Assembly (NCBI RefSeq): GCF_044324785.1
Contig: NZ_CP172127.1
DNA length: 64,000 bases
Direction: 5' to 3' (one strand)
Source: Escherichia coli
GTDB taxonomy: Bacteria; Pseudomonadota; Gammaproteobacteria; Enterobacterales; Enterobacteriaceae
The notes below the pieces were generated by a model. It did no database searches. It was given only the letters and a program-made list of their open reading frames with translations, and had not been told where the DNA came from. The first letter of the stretch is position 1, and every line of letters starts with the position of its first letter. This document shows positions 37,449 through 47,406 of the stretch, one piece after another. Position numbers and translations under genes: made by a program.

Positions 37449-37910
37449 CTATCTGCACTGCTCATTAATATACTTCTGGGTTCCTTCCAGTTGTTTTTGC
37501 ATAGTGATCAGCCTCTCTCTGAGGGTGAAATAATCCCGTTCAGCGGTGTCTGCCAGTCGGGGGGAGGCTGCATTATCCACGCCGGAGGCGGTGGTGGCTT
37601 CACGCACTGACTGACAGACTGCTTTGATGTGCAACCGACGACGACCAGCGGCAACATCATCACGCAGAGCATCATTTTCAGCTTTCGCATTAGCTAACTC
37701 CTTCGTGTATTTTTCATCCAGTGCAGCAACATCACGCTGGCGCATCTGCATGCCAGTAATTGCCGCGTTCGCCAGCTTCAGTTCTCTGGCATTTTTGTCG
37801 CGCTGGGCTTTGTAGGTAATGGCGTTATCACGGTAATGATTAACAGCCCATGACAGGCAGACGATGATGCAGATAACCAGAGCGGAGATAATCGCGGTTA
37901 CTCTGTTCAT
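37449..37910 (-). CDS. Rz: Spanin inner-membrane subunit Rz
   Basis: ORF 37449..37922; from [29 protein letters not shown]… near-identical to lambda Rz. Confidence 0.85.
   Translation of the reverse strand: MNRVTAIISALVICIIVCLSWAVNHYRDNAITYKAQRDKNARELKLANAAITGMQMRQRDVAALDEKYTKELANAKAENDALRDDVAAGRRRLHIKAVCQSVREATTASGVDNAASPRLADTAERDYFTLRERLITMQKQLEGTQKYINEQCR
37508..37690 (-). CDS. Rz1: Spanin outer-membrane lipoprotein Rz1 (embedded in Rz, +1 frame)
   Basis: 60-aa ORF wholly inside Rz; lipobox VVGC and PPPPP motif, near-identical to lambda Rz1. Confidence 0.85.
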   Translation of the reverse strand: MRKLKMMLCVMMLPLVVVGCTSKQSVSQCVKPPPPPAWIMQPPPDWQTPLNGIISPSERG

Positions 37911-38404
37911 TGCTGGCCCCACAAACAGATTTCACGCTCAATCTCACGACGAGTCATGAGACCTTTCCATTGCTTACCGCCAGCATATGTCCAGCGACGT
38001 AGTTGATCACATGCGCCTTTGATATCGCCCTGGTTTATTTTGCGAAGAAGCGTCGATGTTCTGAAATTGCCAGCACCCACGTTGTAAACGAATGAGTAAA
38101 GAGCGCCGCGCGTTGTTTCCGGTATATCGACTTTGATGTACGGGTTAATTTGTCTGGCGACAGTGGCAAGGTCTTTATTCAAGAGTGCTTTGCATTCTGC
38201 TTTGGTATACGTTTTACCGAGCATGATGTCTTTTCCTGTATGCCCGTGACATACAGTCCATACACCAACAATATCTTTGTATGGTATGTAGCTGACACCT
38301 TCCAGACCATCGTTACCACTTGGGCCAGTGATTAACACTGATGCTATAGCAATTGCTCCGCCACCAATAGCAGCAGCAACGGCTTTTCGTAATGATGGAG
38401 GCAT
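37907..38404 (-). CDS. R: Endolysin with N-terminal signal-anchor-release domain (T4-lysozyme-like, phage 21 R / RrrD type)
   Basis: 165-aa ORF; Gly/Ala-rich hydrophobic N-terminus ([20 protein letters not shown]) then lysozyme fold; matches recalled DLP12 RrrD. Confidence 0.85.
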   Translation of the reverse strand: MPPSLRKAVAAAIGGGAIAIASVLITGPSGNDGLEGVSYIPYKDIVGVWTVCHGHTGKDIMLGKTYTKAECKALLNKDLATVARQINPYIKVDIPETTRGALYSFVYNVGAGNFRTSTLLRKINQGDIKGACDQLRRWTYAGGKQWKGLMTRREIEREICLWGQQ

Positions 38405-38619
38405 TATTCACCTCTCGCAGCCTTGCGCTTATCTTCTTTAATCTTGAAATAAAGGTTTGTCAGGTACGTCAGCAGGCCAAATACCAGGCTACCCAGCACA
38501 CCTATTGCTGCCCACTGTGAGGGCGTGACTTTATCGAGCAGCTGTAAAAACCAGTAGCCAGCACTGCCTGCGGAGGTGCCGTAGGCAATGCCCGTTGTTA
38601 ACTTATCCATGGATTTCAT
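38404..38619 (-). CDS. S: Pinholin (S21 / EssD type)
   Basis: 71-aa ORF with two TM segments directly upstream of the endolysin; stop/start overlap with R. Confidence 0.8.
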   Translation of the reverse strand: MKSMDKLTTGIAYGTSAGSAGYWFLQLLDKVTPSQWAAIGVLGSLVFGLLTYLTNLYFKIKEDKRKAARGE

Positions 38620-38807
38620 AGCCTCACCTCCGCAAATAACGGATGGTGTACACGGTTCGGAACGAAGAGGAAAGGTATAGAAGTTACATTAGCGTAAGGC
38701 TTGAACATCTATTCAAAAAGAAAAACGCCAGCGATTATTCTGGCGTAGCTGAAAGCATCATACAATTATCAAATACGAAAAATACAAAATCATTAAAACG
38801 CATCACG

Positions 38808-39537
38808 TTACATCATGTCTTTTTCTAAAAAAAATCTTGATAAATATTGATGGGGAGGAACACCAAAATATCTTCTGAAAACACTTACAAAATATGACGT
38901 GTTTTCATAACCGCATATCTCAGCAACTTTTCCAACAGAATATAAATTGTAGCTTAATAACCTTTCCGCCATCACCATTCGCTCTTCAAGAATTAATTTA
39001 CTAAATGATAAGCCTTCGTGCTTTAATTTTCTTTTTAACAGACTTTCACTCAGATACAGTCTTGAAGATATATCACAAAGTCTCCATGCTGCAGATATAT
39101 CCGTGTGAATAATAGCCTTAACTTTACTTCCTAAACTATTAAGACATCCAAATAAAAACTTTGCACTATTTTCTCTGAAGATAAGATAGCAAGACATGCA
39201 AGTGATATTTGATTTCTAACAAAATCCACAGTTCTGCCATCACAATTCAAGCATGCAATCAAGTTCTTTAACAATGAAAAATCTTCACATTCCACCATCA
39301 AGTATGCCGGATAAAACCTTCTTACAGAAAAAGGTGAGAGTGTGTTGCTTTTAAAGAAATCATTAACTGTTTTCTCTTCAACATCTACGATCATTACATG
39401 ATCTATATTTGATGAAAAAAATCTTTTAAATTGTAATCAATGAGAACAGCACTTCCTTTTTTAAACAAAATATCTTCTTTACCAATTCGGACATCAAACG
39501 AGTTCAACACCAAAATGATAGAACATATGTATGGCAT
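38808..39537 (-). pseudogene. AraC/XylS-family regulator disrupted by frameshifts (three consecutive ORF pieces)
   Basis: Fragments 39537-39400 (MPYICSIILVLNSFDVRIGKEDILF…, read manually), 39394-39131 and 39197-38808 (C-terminal AraC HTH …CGYENTSYFVSVFRRYFGVPP…) lie in different frames in collinear order; AT-rich. Confidence 0.55.
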
Positions 39538-39888
39538 ATTATCCACCTGATATCATTGGGGTTACACCAGGTAAGTATAGGTGGAAAATCAATATTCGCC
39601 AGTTCAACAATAAGGAAAATCTCATTGCATCACAAGTATAAAATTATGTATTTAACTCACAAAGACAAATTATTAAACCAATCTGTTATATTATATATAG
39701 CTGCGTGGAATCATAATATTATATATTTTGACTGGCATGTTTACCAACTTTAAGTTGCATCTCAATGGTTTCTTCAGCGTAAACAGAGTTTTTATACAAA
39801 CTGACACTCTGGGTATCATAGTGTAGTTTTTACGATTGTAAATATCCTGCATGCAGGAACTCATCCTTTTGGATGATATCGCATACAA

Positions 39889-40848
39889 TTAATTTACCAT
39901 CAGTCTTAGAGCCAGTTCGTCCGGATAGGGATCGAAGTAATTCTGTGTAAGCAAGTAGTCATTAGGATACTCACCCAGATAATGCTTCAGCAGAGTCAAC
40001 GGCGCAAGAAGAGGTAATGTGCCAGAACGATAGTTAAGTATAACCTCGCTCAACTCTTTACGCTGGCGTGTACTTAAGTAGTTACTAAAATACCCCTGTA
40101 TATGCATCAGCACATTCGTGTGATTTTTACGTGATGCAGGTTTTCTGAGAATCGCCATCAGCTTATCACGATACACCTCAAAGTATGATTCAAGGTCCGC
40201 CCACTCGTGTATTGCAGCCACAAATGGTCCCATATCTTTATAGCCTGCCTGACTATGCGCCAACAACTGAAGCTTATAACGACTATGAAAAGCTAATAAC
40301 TCTCTTCTTGATAATTTCTCCTTGTAAAGGTGATTGAGCTCATGCAAAGCAAAAACTCTTTCAACAAAATTCTCACGAAGCACTGGATCATGTAATCGCC
40401 CATCCTCTTCAACCGGTAGCCAGGAAAACTTTTCCATCAAAGTGCTCGTAAATAGTCCCACTCCATCTTTACGACCTCGATTACCATTTTCATCATAGAC
40501 ACGCACGCGCTCCATGCCACAGCTGGGAGATTTAGCACAAACCACAAACCCCGATACATCCTTTAATTTGTCCATATAAGAACGACTAAACTCTGTCATT
40601 CTCTCTGTCACATCCTCATTCTGGTCGTGGCTGAAACACATCCGTATATTTCCTTGCGTCGAGCGCACAAGACGTAGAGCAGGACGCGGAACTGGCAGCC
40701 CTATAGCCATTTCCGGACATACTGGTCTGAATGTTACCCATTCCACTAATTTGTCCATTAAAAAGTCAGCTCTTTTGTGACCACCATCAAAACGAACAGC
40801 AGAACCGGCCAAACAACCGCTGATTCCAATCACAGGTTTTTTTATCAT
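39889..40848 (-). CDS. DUF523/DUF1722-type protein (possible 2-thiouracil desulfurase-like family), phage cargo
   Basis: 319-aa ORF; N-terminal PVIGISGCLAG… region and C-terminal YbgA-like region; family assignment from memory only. Confidence 0.45.
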   Translation of the reverse strand: MIKKPVIGISGCLAGSAVRFDGGHKRADFLMDKLVEWVTFRPVCPEMAIGLPVPRPALRLVRSTQGNIRMCFSHDQNEDVTERMTEFSRSYMDKLKDVSGFVVCAKSPSCGMERVRVYDENGNRGRKDGVGLFTSTLMEKFSWLPVEEDGRLHDPVLRENFVERVFALHELNHLYKEKLSRRELLAFHSRYKLQLLAHSQAGYKDMGPFVAAIHEWADLESYFEVYRDKLMAILRKPASRKNHTNVLMHIQGYFSNYLSTRQRKELSEVILNYRSGTLPLLAPLTLLKHYLGEYPNDYLLTQNYFDPYPDELALRLMVN

Positions 40849-41040
40849 ATTCTCCCCCTTGACTAATTCATTAACACATAAACTGTGTAGTGCACGGAAT
40901 AAATTGCCTTTCTGGCGTCATCACTGACAATTTTTCTGTTATGGACTATTCCTAATATAGTATGAAAGTTCTTTAAGTGATCGGTCGTAATCATCTATCT
41001 TTCATACTTACTCTCAACTATCAAAAGTACAGGATTTATT

Positions 41041-41565
41041 ATGAAGTTATGGCCTGTGTTGACTGGCATTGCACTCTCTTTCACTCTTATAGCATGTAAG
41101 GCCCCGACACCACCTAAAGGTGTGCAGCCGATTACAAATTTTGACGCCAACCGCTACCTCGGAAAATGGTATGAAATAGCTCGCCTCGAGAACCGGTTCG
41201 AACGTGGTCTGGAACAGGTCAGCGCTACTTATGGAAAACGGAACGACGGAGGGATTCGTGTACTTAACCGTGGATACGATCCAACGAAAAATAAATGGAG
41301 CGAGAGCGAAGGTAAAGCATACTTTACTGGAGATACTAAAACTGCAGCGTTGAAGGTTTCGTTTTTTGGCCCCTTCTATGGTGGCTATAATGTAATCAAA
41401 CTGGATGATGAGTATAAGTATGCTCTTGTCAGTGGCCCGAACAGAGAATACCTATGGATTCTGGCAAGGACCCCAACTATTCCAGATAAAGTAAAAGCAG
41501 ACTATGTGCGAACCGCTCAAAAGTTGGGATTCAATGTCAATGAATTATTATGGGTTAAACAATAA
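41041..41565 (+). CDS. Outer-membrane lipocalin (Blc-like lipoprotein)
   Basis: 174-aa ORF with lipobox (LIAC) and lipocalin motifs (…NRYLGKWYEIARL…SFFGPFYGGYNVI…); paralog-level similarity to E. coli Blc. Confidence 0.8.
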   Translation: MKLWPVLTGIALSFTLIACKAPTPPKGVQPITNFDANRYLGKWYEIARLENRFERGLEQVSATYGKRNDGGIRVLNRGYDPTKNKWSESEGKAYFTGDTKTAALKVSFFGPFYGGYNVIKLDDEYKYALVSGPNREYLWILARTPTIPDKVKADYVRTAQKLGFNVNELLWVKQ

Positions 41566-41593
41566 AATCCCTACCCGAAATAATACTTATTAG

Positions 41594-41620
41594 AAAAAAA
41601 CCAGCCTTTGGGGAGGCTGG
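41594..41620 (-). terminator. Candidate late terminator tR' (intrinsic, minus strand)
   Basis: Hairpin ccagcc-(8 nt)-ggctgg followed on the minus strand by a 7-T run, about 65 nt downstream of the putative pR'. Confidence 0.45.
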
Positions 41621-41679
41621 CTAAATCAGGAAACAAGCTGTTATATGATAATAACTACGTTGCGATTCTAACATTTAAA

Positions 41680-41708
41680 ATGTTAGACTAATGAGAATCA
41701 GACAGCAA
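41680..41708 (-). promoter_or_regulatory. Candidate late promoter pR' (Q-utilization region)
   Basis: Minus strand TTGCTG-17 nt-TAACAT directly downstream of the Q stop. Confidence 0.35.
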
Positions 41709-41720
41709 CTTTTCCTTTAA

Positions 41721-42113
41721 TTATTTCGAACAATCAGCATCCATCTCCAATCGGAGATCCAACACCATCAGCATACCCTCCACTACGCCCTCAGCTTTCT
41801 GGAGCATCCTGCCAACCCAACAATCAGATCGCCCATGCTTACGTGCAAGCGCCATAAAAGTCATGCCGCCGACATAATAGTCCACCAATAAATCATGCAA
41901 ATCGCTGTTGTTCTTTTTCAGACGGGCCATGCACCCGCAAATGATCATCGCGTCATCGTCACAACATTGCGGGCGAGATTTTACTTTTGAAGGAATTAAT
42001 CCCTTAAAACCGGCGGCAATGGACGACCAGGTCACATCTTCATGATTATTAGCCGCCCACGCTCCCCAACGCTCAAGAACCATCTGAATATCACGCATCA
42101 ACTTACTCCACAA
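41721..42113 (-). CDS. Q: Late-gene antiterminator Q (QuuD / phage 82-type)
   Basis: 130-aa ORF (start may be internal MRDIQM… at 42098) with Cys cluster ([16 protein letters not shown]) in the canonical position upstream of pR' and lysis genes. Confidence 0.7.
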   Translation of the reverse strand: MWSKLMRDIQMVLERWGAWAANNHEDVTWSSIAAGFKGLIPSKVKSRPQCCDDDAMIICGCMARLKKNNSDLHDLLVDYYVGGMTFMALARKHGRSDCWVGRMLQKAEGVVEGMLMVLDLRLEMDADCSK

Positions 42114-42183
42114 AAATCAGACCAGAACGCCAATTACAAGCAAAAATCAACAAAACAGTATTAGTTGATTGTTATCTCTGACT

Positions 42184-42306
42184 TCATACTCCTGCTCCTG
42201 TCAGGGTTTTGGCGTAATTCTTCAGTATTCGGTAATCGGTCAAAACAGAACCGGGGAAACGATATAAGCGCAGACGCCCCCAGCGGTGGCGAAGAAGTTC
42301 TGCCAT
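42184..42306 (-). CDS. Small protein YlcG-like
   Basis: Manually translated 40-aa ORF (MAELLRHRWGRLRLYRFPGSVL…) between rusA and Q; not in the supplied ORF track. Confidence 0.35.
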   Translation of the reverse strand: MAELLRHRWGRLRLYRFPGSVLTDYRILKNYAKTLTGAGV

Positions 42307-42320
42307 ATTAAACTCAAACA

Positions 42321-42683
42321 TCATTCATTCCCCATTTCGGTGATGGTCAGTTCCAGCCTCCCACCTTTGGTAACAGGCATCTTCACAACGCGGTAATCAA
42401 CGACCTGAGCATCATCCAGCCAGAAACCTGCTTTAGTGAGTGCGTCAAAAGCGGCTTTTTGCAGATTATCCAGGTCACGGCGACGGCGATCCGGCATGTG
42501 GCACTCAATGCGGATTTTCACAGGCATAGCCAGGCCGATATCCAGCATTGCGTTTTTAATGATTCGGGCGACGTTATCGCGGTATGCCTGCCCCTCTGCA
42601 CTGACGTGCGTGCGCCCGCGATTATGGCGGTAATAGCGATTATTGCTCGGAGGCCAGGGTAATGTGATACTGTAGGTATTCAC
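42321..42683 (-). CDS. rusA: Holliday junction resolvase RusA
   Basis: 120-aa ORF matching RusA ([18 protein letters not shown]…). Confidence 0.9.
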   Translation of the reverse strand: MNTYSITLPWPPSNNRYYRHNRGRTHVSAEGQAYRDNVARIIKNAMLDIGLAMPVKIRIECHMPDRRRRDLDNLQKAAFDALTKAGFWLDDAQVVDYRVVKMPVTKGGRLELTITEMGNE

Positions 42684-42970
42684 GCCTTAATAACCCCCTC
42701 TTTCAGCCAGATAACCTGTGTTCTCGCCATACCTTCCAGCGCGCATTCTTTTGCATATGCAGCATCGACAAAATGTGTGCGGCGGTCGATTTCGTCGTGG
42801 CAGGCAGAACATGCAATGGTGGCAATCAGGTCTGGCGGTTTGATACCGGTACCGCACAATCCAGCCAGCCGGATATGTGCCAGTACAGACGTTTCAGAAT
42901 TGCCATTACATACGCCAGGGATTCTTACCTGGCATTCCCGACCACGCGCTGCTTTTCTCAAATCAGCCAT
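42680..42970 (-). CDS. ybcO: DUF1364 protein YbcO (putative nuclease)
   Basis: ORF 42680..43009; start placed at [24 protein letters not shown]… (Cys-rich); nin-region synteny. Confidence 0.7.
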   Translation of the reverse strand: MADLRKAARGRECQVRIPGVCNGNSETSVLAHIRLAGLCGTGIKPPDLIATIACSACHDEIDRRTHFVDAAYAKECALEGMARTQVIWLKEGVIKA

Positions 42971-43133
42971 GATTCCTCCTTGCTGCCAGTCGCAACCATT
43001 TTTTATCAACCAGGCTAGCGGTATATCCGAGCAGTGTTGGTATTTCGGATGGCTTCAGCTCAGGCTTACGCTTACGACGATTTGATACTCTGTAGATGTG
43101 TCCGTTCATGACACGAATAAGCGGTGTAGCCAT
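42963..43133 (-). CDS. ninE: NinE protein
   Basis: Manually translated 56-aa ORF ([56 protein letters not shown]); start overlaps ybcN stop (TAATG), stop overlaps ybcO start. Confidence 0.7.
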   Translation of the reverse strand: MATPLIRVMNGHIYRVSNRRKRKPELKPSEIPTLLGYTASLVDKKWLRLAARRNHG

Positions 43134-43588
43134 TACGCCTCCTGCTTGTCGCGGAGCAGCTGGAACTCGCAGCTCTGCGGAATAGTCAGGTGGCAGCCAA
43201 TATTCACCGCCCAGGCTTCAACCTTACACAGGAAGACATACATCTCTCCGGTATCAAGATCGGAGGTATGGCGTAACGACTGGATAGTGGTGATATCACC
43301 GGTTACGACATCAACCAGGTCTTTGGTTTCATAACCGAGATATGTGTGTTTGAGAGCATCTTTTACCCAAGCTGGAGTGGCGAACGTTTTACCCCTGCTG
43401 ATGAGGTATTCACTGATTTCGCTGTACCACATGTGGCTGAGTGCATTCTGGGAAAGACTGCGTTTCTCACGCCACGGTTTAAGCACCATGCGAAAGCATT
43501 TGCCCTCCTCCAGATAAGGCTGGATCTGCCGACCGATAGCGGTGAAGTTGCCGCGATGTAATTTGATGCCGTCTTGTGAGAGGTTCAC
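43133..43588 (-). CDS. ybcN: NinB/YbcN-family protein (recombination / DNA base-flipping)
   Basis: 151-aa ORF in the nin region upstream of ninE. Confidence 0.75.
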
Positions 43589-43802
43589 GCTTCACCTCCG
43601 CAGAGGTCAAACGCTAGATGCAAAGAATTGCAGGTGCATTTCTGCATCTGTGAAGGGAGAAGAGAGTTTGGATTGTATGTGCGCATAAACGTCCCCGTTT
43701 AGCGCAGAAGTCACCGGAGTTGTTCAGGCTCCGGTGACATAATTATGCCGTGTTGATTTCCCAAAATCAAAATCGATAGAATTGCTCCTTCTTAAAACAC
43801 TT

Positions 43803-44600
43803 TTACTCTCTGGAAGCTTTTCTTATCTCTCTTGGTGTTATATTAAAACGATTATGAAATCTTTCAGTAAAACGAGAAGGACACTTATAACCATTTTCTC
43901 TGGCAATCTCGCTTATAGGTTTTACCGTCGTTTGTATAGCAGACAACGCATTATTTAACCTCACATCGTCCAGTATACTTTGGAAACTTACCCCCTCGCT
44001 TGCTAGACGGCGATGTAATGTAGAAACAGAAATGTAGAGATATCGAGCAACCTTGTTTGCTGTCCATTTTGTGCCGGGTTCGGATAGCAGCAGGTTATAA
44101 CAACGACTTATCAATGATTGTTTACTATATGATAAAAGTAAATGATTAACATGATTCACTCCTAACGAAAGTAGAACGCCCATTGCTAAGTGCTCCTGAA
44201 TTTTAGTTGAGAAGCCTCGGGAAACAGATGTTTTTAGTTGCTCCCAACAATATATTAACTCAGGATTCTGAGGTAAAAAGAAACTTGTTTTGTTACGTAT
44301 TTGATCAGTTACCGTATAAAGTTTTTGGAAACTCTCAATTAAATCAATGGGTAAGTAAAGCATTTCTGCAAGATAAAGCCCTGCTTCAGGATAATTCTCA
44401 ATATAAAATTCATAACCACAAGGAAATAATATTATTTGATTATTATCAACAGTTAAAGTATGCGTCTCCCAATTGATAACTTTCTTTCCCTGACGGATAC
44501 GACACAAAGCTGGCATAAGAGGCTTAACCCTATGAATCTCATGATGTTTATGCATCCGTATTTCTTCGATCTTTAAGTTAGTCTTACCTCTTGCCAGCAT
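43803..44600 (-). CDS. ybcM: AraC-family transcriptional regulator YbcM
   Basis: 265-aa ORF with C-terminal AraC HTH; matches recalled DLP12 YbcM. Confidence 0.8.
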
Positions 44601-44609
44601 ACTCTCACC

Positions 44610-45161
44610 CTACTTTATCTCATAAACTGGTGTTATCTCAGCGGTTGCGATTTTATTAGCATTAAGCATATAACCAACTAACGCTCCGCTGGAGTTAGAA
44701 TCTACAGGAATCTTTTCAGTTTTTAGAGCCCATACTTTAAACTGGTAATGATGTGGTTTATCTCCTTTAGGAGGACATGCGCCACCAAACCCAGCATAGC
44801 CAAAATCATTTCGGCCTTGAACAGCACCAGTCGGCAGTTTTGTTCCATCACGTCTCCCTGCATCAACGGGCAAATATGTTACTGTTGCTGGAATATTAAC
44901 AACAGTCCAATGCCACCAACCACTGCCTGTAGGTGCATCTGGATCATATACAGTTACGGCAAAGCTTTTGGTACCTTCAGGAACACCAGACCAGGTTAAT
45001 GAGGGCGATGTATTACCACCTTCACACCCAAATCCAGAAAAGACATGAGACGTTGTAAGTTGCTCTCCTGTTTTTATTTCATTACTAGTGACCTGAAATG
45101 CCGCAGCCTGCGCAGAAAATGTTATGAATGCCAATACAGTTGAAACGATAAGTGTTTTCAT
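44610..45161 (-). CDS. ybcL: Periplasmic PEBP/Raf-kinase-inhibitor-like protein YbcL
   Basis: 183-aa ORF with signal peptide; matches recalled YbcL. Confidence 0.8.
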   Translation of the reverse strand: MKTLIVSTVLAFITFSAQAAAFQVTSNEIKTGEQLTTSHVFSGFGCEGGNTSPSLTWSGVPEGTKSFAVTVYDPDAPTGSGWWHWTVVNIPATVTYLPVDAGRRDGTKLPTGAVQGRNDFGYAGFGGACPPKGDKPHHYQFKVWALKTEKIPVDSNSSGALVGYMLNANKIATAEITPVYEIK

Positions 45162-45625
45162 AAAAACCTCTTTGTTATGACCTATCGTTATTTTATTTGA
45201 TATTCCTTTATCTCATTATGCATAAAGGCGCAATGTTCATGCAAAAGCAATCACAATTGTACCCCCAACCCAATTATTTGCCACAATATACACAAAGCAC
45301 ATTGATACTATCTAAAAACTCTGCTTTATTATTAGTAATACCTACGAAAGTCGGTGTTATTTTTTAACCTACCATTCAAAATACGTGACATACACCATTT
45401 TGCTCATAATAATTTGTCACGTATTTTCAGTATTTGAATCTGCGACCAAGAGTTCTCACCTAACAAATGATTAAGATTGTATAGCTCATTTACTACCCCA
45501 ATACAGCCGTACAAAACTCGCTTGTGGGAGCAAACAAAGTAATTACCCATTAAGTTTCGTCAAAGATAATTAATTCTATCTTGCACTTTATCACCATAGC
45601 ATAACTTAAAATCCGAGATCATTAT

Positions 45626-47152
45626 TTAGAAATAAATCTCACCATCAACCATATATTTGAGAGCACTTATCGCCTGCTGGGCGGATATTACTTTCATTAA
45701 AGGATAGTGTTTAAAAACAATGCCATTCATAAAATAGATATCACAGGTTTTATTATCCGTATTAATTATGATTTTTTCGAATGTTTTATAGGCAAGTGTA
45801 CGGCATAACTCTCGTCCATTTTTACTGGTTAAGTCAATAGCATAAAAATCACTGAATGAATTTACACCTTTACTCTTCAAAGTTTTCAATGATACCGAAG
45901 CCCTTCGTAATTCCTTATCTAATAGTCTTATTTTCTCTGCTATAGCGGTAACTTCAGGCGCGACAGACAATGCAACGATTAAATTATTAATTTTCATCTG
46001 AAGCTCAATAATTTTTAACTCTAAAGTTTCATTAGCATCTTTCTTGTTTTCAACTGGTTGAATTTTGCTACAATTAAAAAGCAATTCATTAATGATATTA
46101 TAATCAACCAAATCTCTTTTTATTGATGGCCTGTCACATCGATGTAATCTTCTCATCGGACAAACATAATAGCCATGCAAACTTCCAGATACCGCATGAA
46201 CAATCATGGTATTACCACAAGCCTCACACTTCATAACTGTTCGAAGTAGATTTATTAGCATAGGATTCTTGCTACTATTGCTAATACCAAAAGGTGCCAA
46301 CCGAATTTCCTGTACAGCGTAAAACAAATCATCTGATATGACTCTGGGATAATAGCCAGCGATTTCACTTATCCCTTTCCCTCTTGCACGATATGAAGGT
46401 ACGCATATACCTATCAGAGCTTTATTCGCTAATAATTTTTCAATTACAGAAGGTCCCCATGCACTTTCTTTTCCTGAGAAATTCTTTACAGCATGATCAT
46501 TTAAATACTTGGCTATTGCATTCAATGAGCGCCTTTCCATCCTGAGTTTAAAAATTAGCTCAATAGTTTTCACCCTGTCGGGGTCTGGAACAAAAGCCGT
46601 TCTTTTGTCATCTAAGGAGAGCCATCTCGGACAAGACGCCGTCATAATCGTACCTGATTCCAGTGCATCCTGCCGTTTTTTCTTCCATGATAATTTAACC
46701 CGACTTGACTTTATCTCGCTTTCTTCATTTGCCCTTTGTGCTATAAGTATGGCTTTTATTAATGAATATGGCTCATTCAAAGAGTCAATATTATAGACTG
46801 TATTGTCGCAAAGAGTTATAACATCAATACCGTGATTCAAAATCAATTTCAGACGTTCAATCGCTTCACCGACTTTTTCTCTTGAAAGTCTGTCCAGACT
46901 TTCAACTAACAATGTAGTTCCTGGCAATATATAACCATGCTCTATAGCATCTAAAAATTCCGAAAAAGCTCCTGATTGTGCATGCTTTCCTTTGAATGCA
47001 CTTAATCCTAAATCTTCATATGTTATGGTATCAAGATAATAATCACTATTTACCTTTAACCATTCAGCAATAAGTCTTCTCTGTCGGTTTAATGAGTCAC
47101 CAGACATCTGACCTGGTGATGAAAATCGCATATATGCTATGGCTTTTTTCAT
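45626..47152 (-). CDS. ybcK: Large serine recombinase (YbcK-like)
   Basis: 508-aa ORF; N-terminal resolvase domain with catalytic Ser context (AIAYMRFSSPGQ), C-terminal Cys-rich zinc ribbon (CEACGN…CPMRRLHRCD). Confidence 0.8.
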   Translation of the reverse strand: MKKAIAYMRFSSPGQMSGDSLNRQRRLIAEWLKVNSDYYLDTITYEDLGLSAFKGKHAQSGAFSEFLDAIEHGYILPGTTLLVESLDRLSREKVGEAIERLKLILNHGIDVITLCDNTVYNIDSLNEPYSLIKAILIAQRANEESEIKSSRVKLSWKKKRQDALESGTIMTASCPRWLSLDDKRTAFVPDPDRVKTIELIFKLRMERRSLNAIAKYLNDHAVKNFSGKESAWGPSVIEKLLANKALIGICVPSYRARGKGISEIAGYYPRVISDDLFYAVQEIRLAPFGISNSSKNPMLINLLRTVMKCEACGNTMIVHAVSGSLHGYYVCPMRRLHRCDRPSIKRDLVDYNIINELLFNCSKIQPVENKKDANETLELKIIELQMKINNLIVALSVAPEVTAIAEKIRLLDKELRRASVSLKTLKSKGVNSFSDFYAIDLTSKNGRELCRTLAYKTFEKIIINTDNKTCDIYFMNGIVFKHYPLMKVISAQQAISALKYMVDGEIYF

Positions 47153-47406
47153 GGTGACACCTGCTAACGTATGCTTTTATAAACCTTAGTGGTGGGATAT
47201 AATTTTTGTTTAATTTTTATTTAAAAAGACAATTAAGGTCACATTATCTTGAATATACAACAATAATCGTATTGCAATTTTCTTACGCCATAATCTTGAA
47301 AGCACAAAAGAATACATAAAAAATAAAGATATTAACAAAAAGCATAAAACGAGGCTCATATAAATATAAGAGCCTCCATATTTTAGTCGTTTAGAAACAA
47401 ATTATT

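Noticed and set aside
38808-39537. Identification of the frameshifted AraC regulator as appY
   Set aside because: K-12 carries appY near ompT, but here the fragment sits between Q and S and I cannot confirm sequence identity to AppY from memory; left as a generic AraC-family pseudogene.
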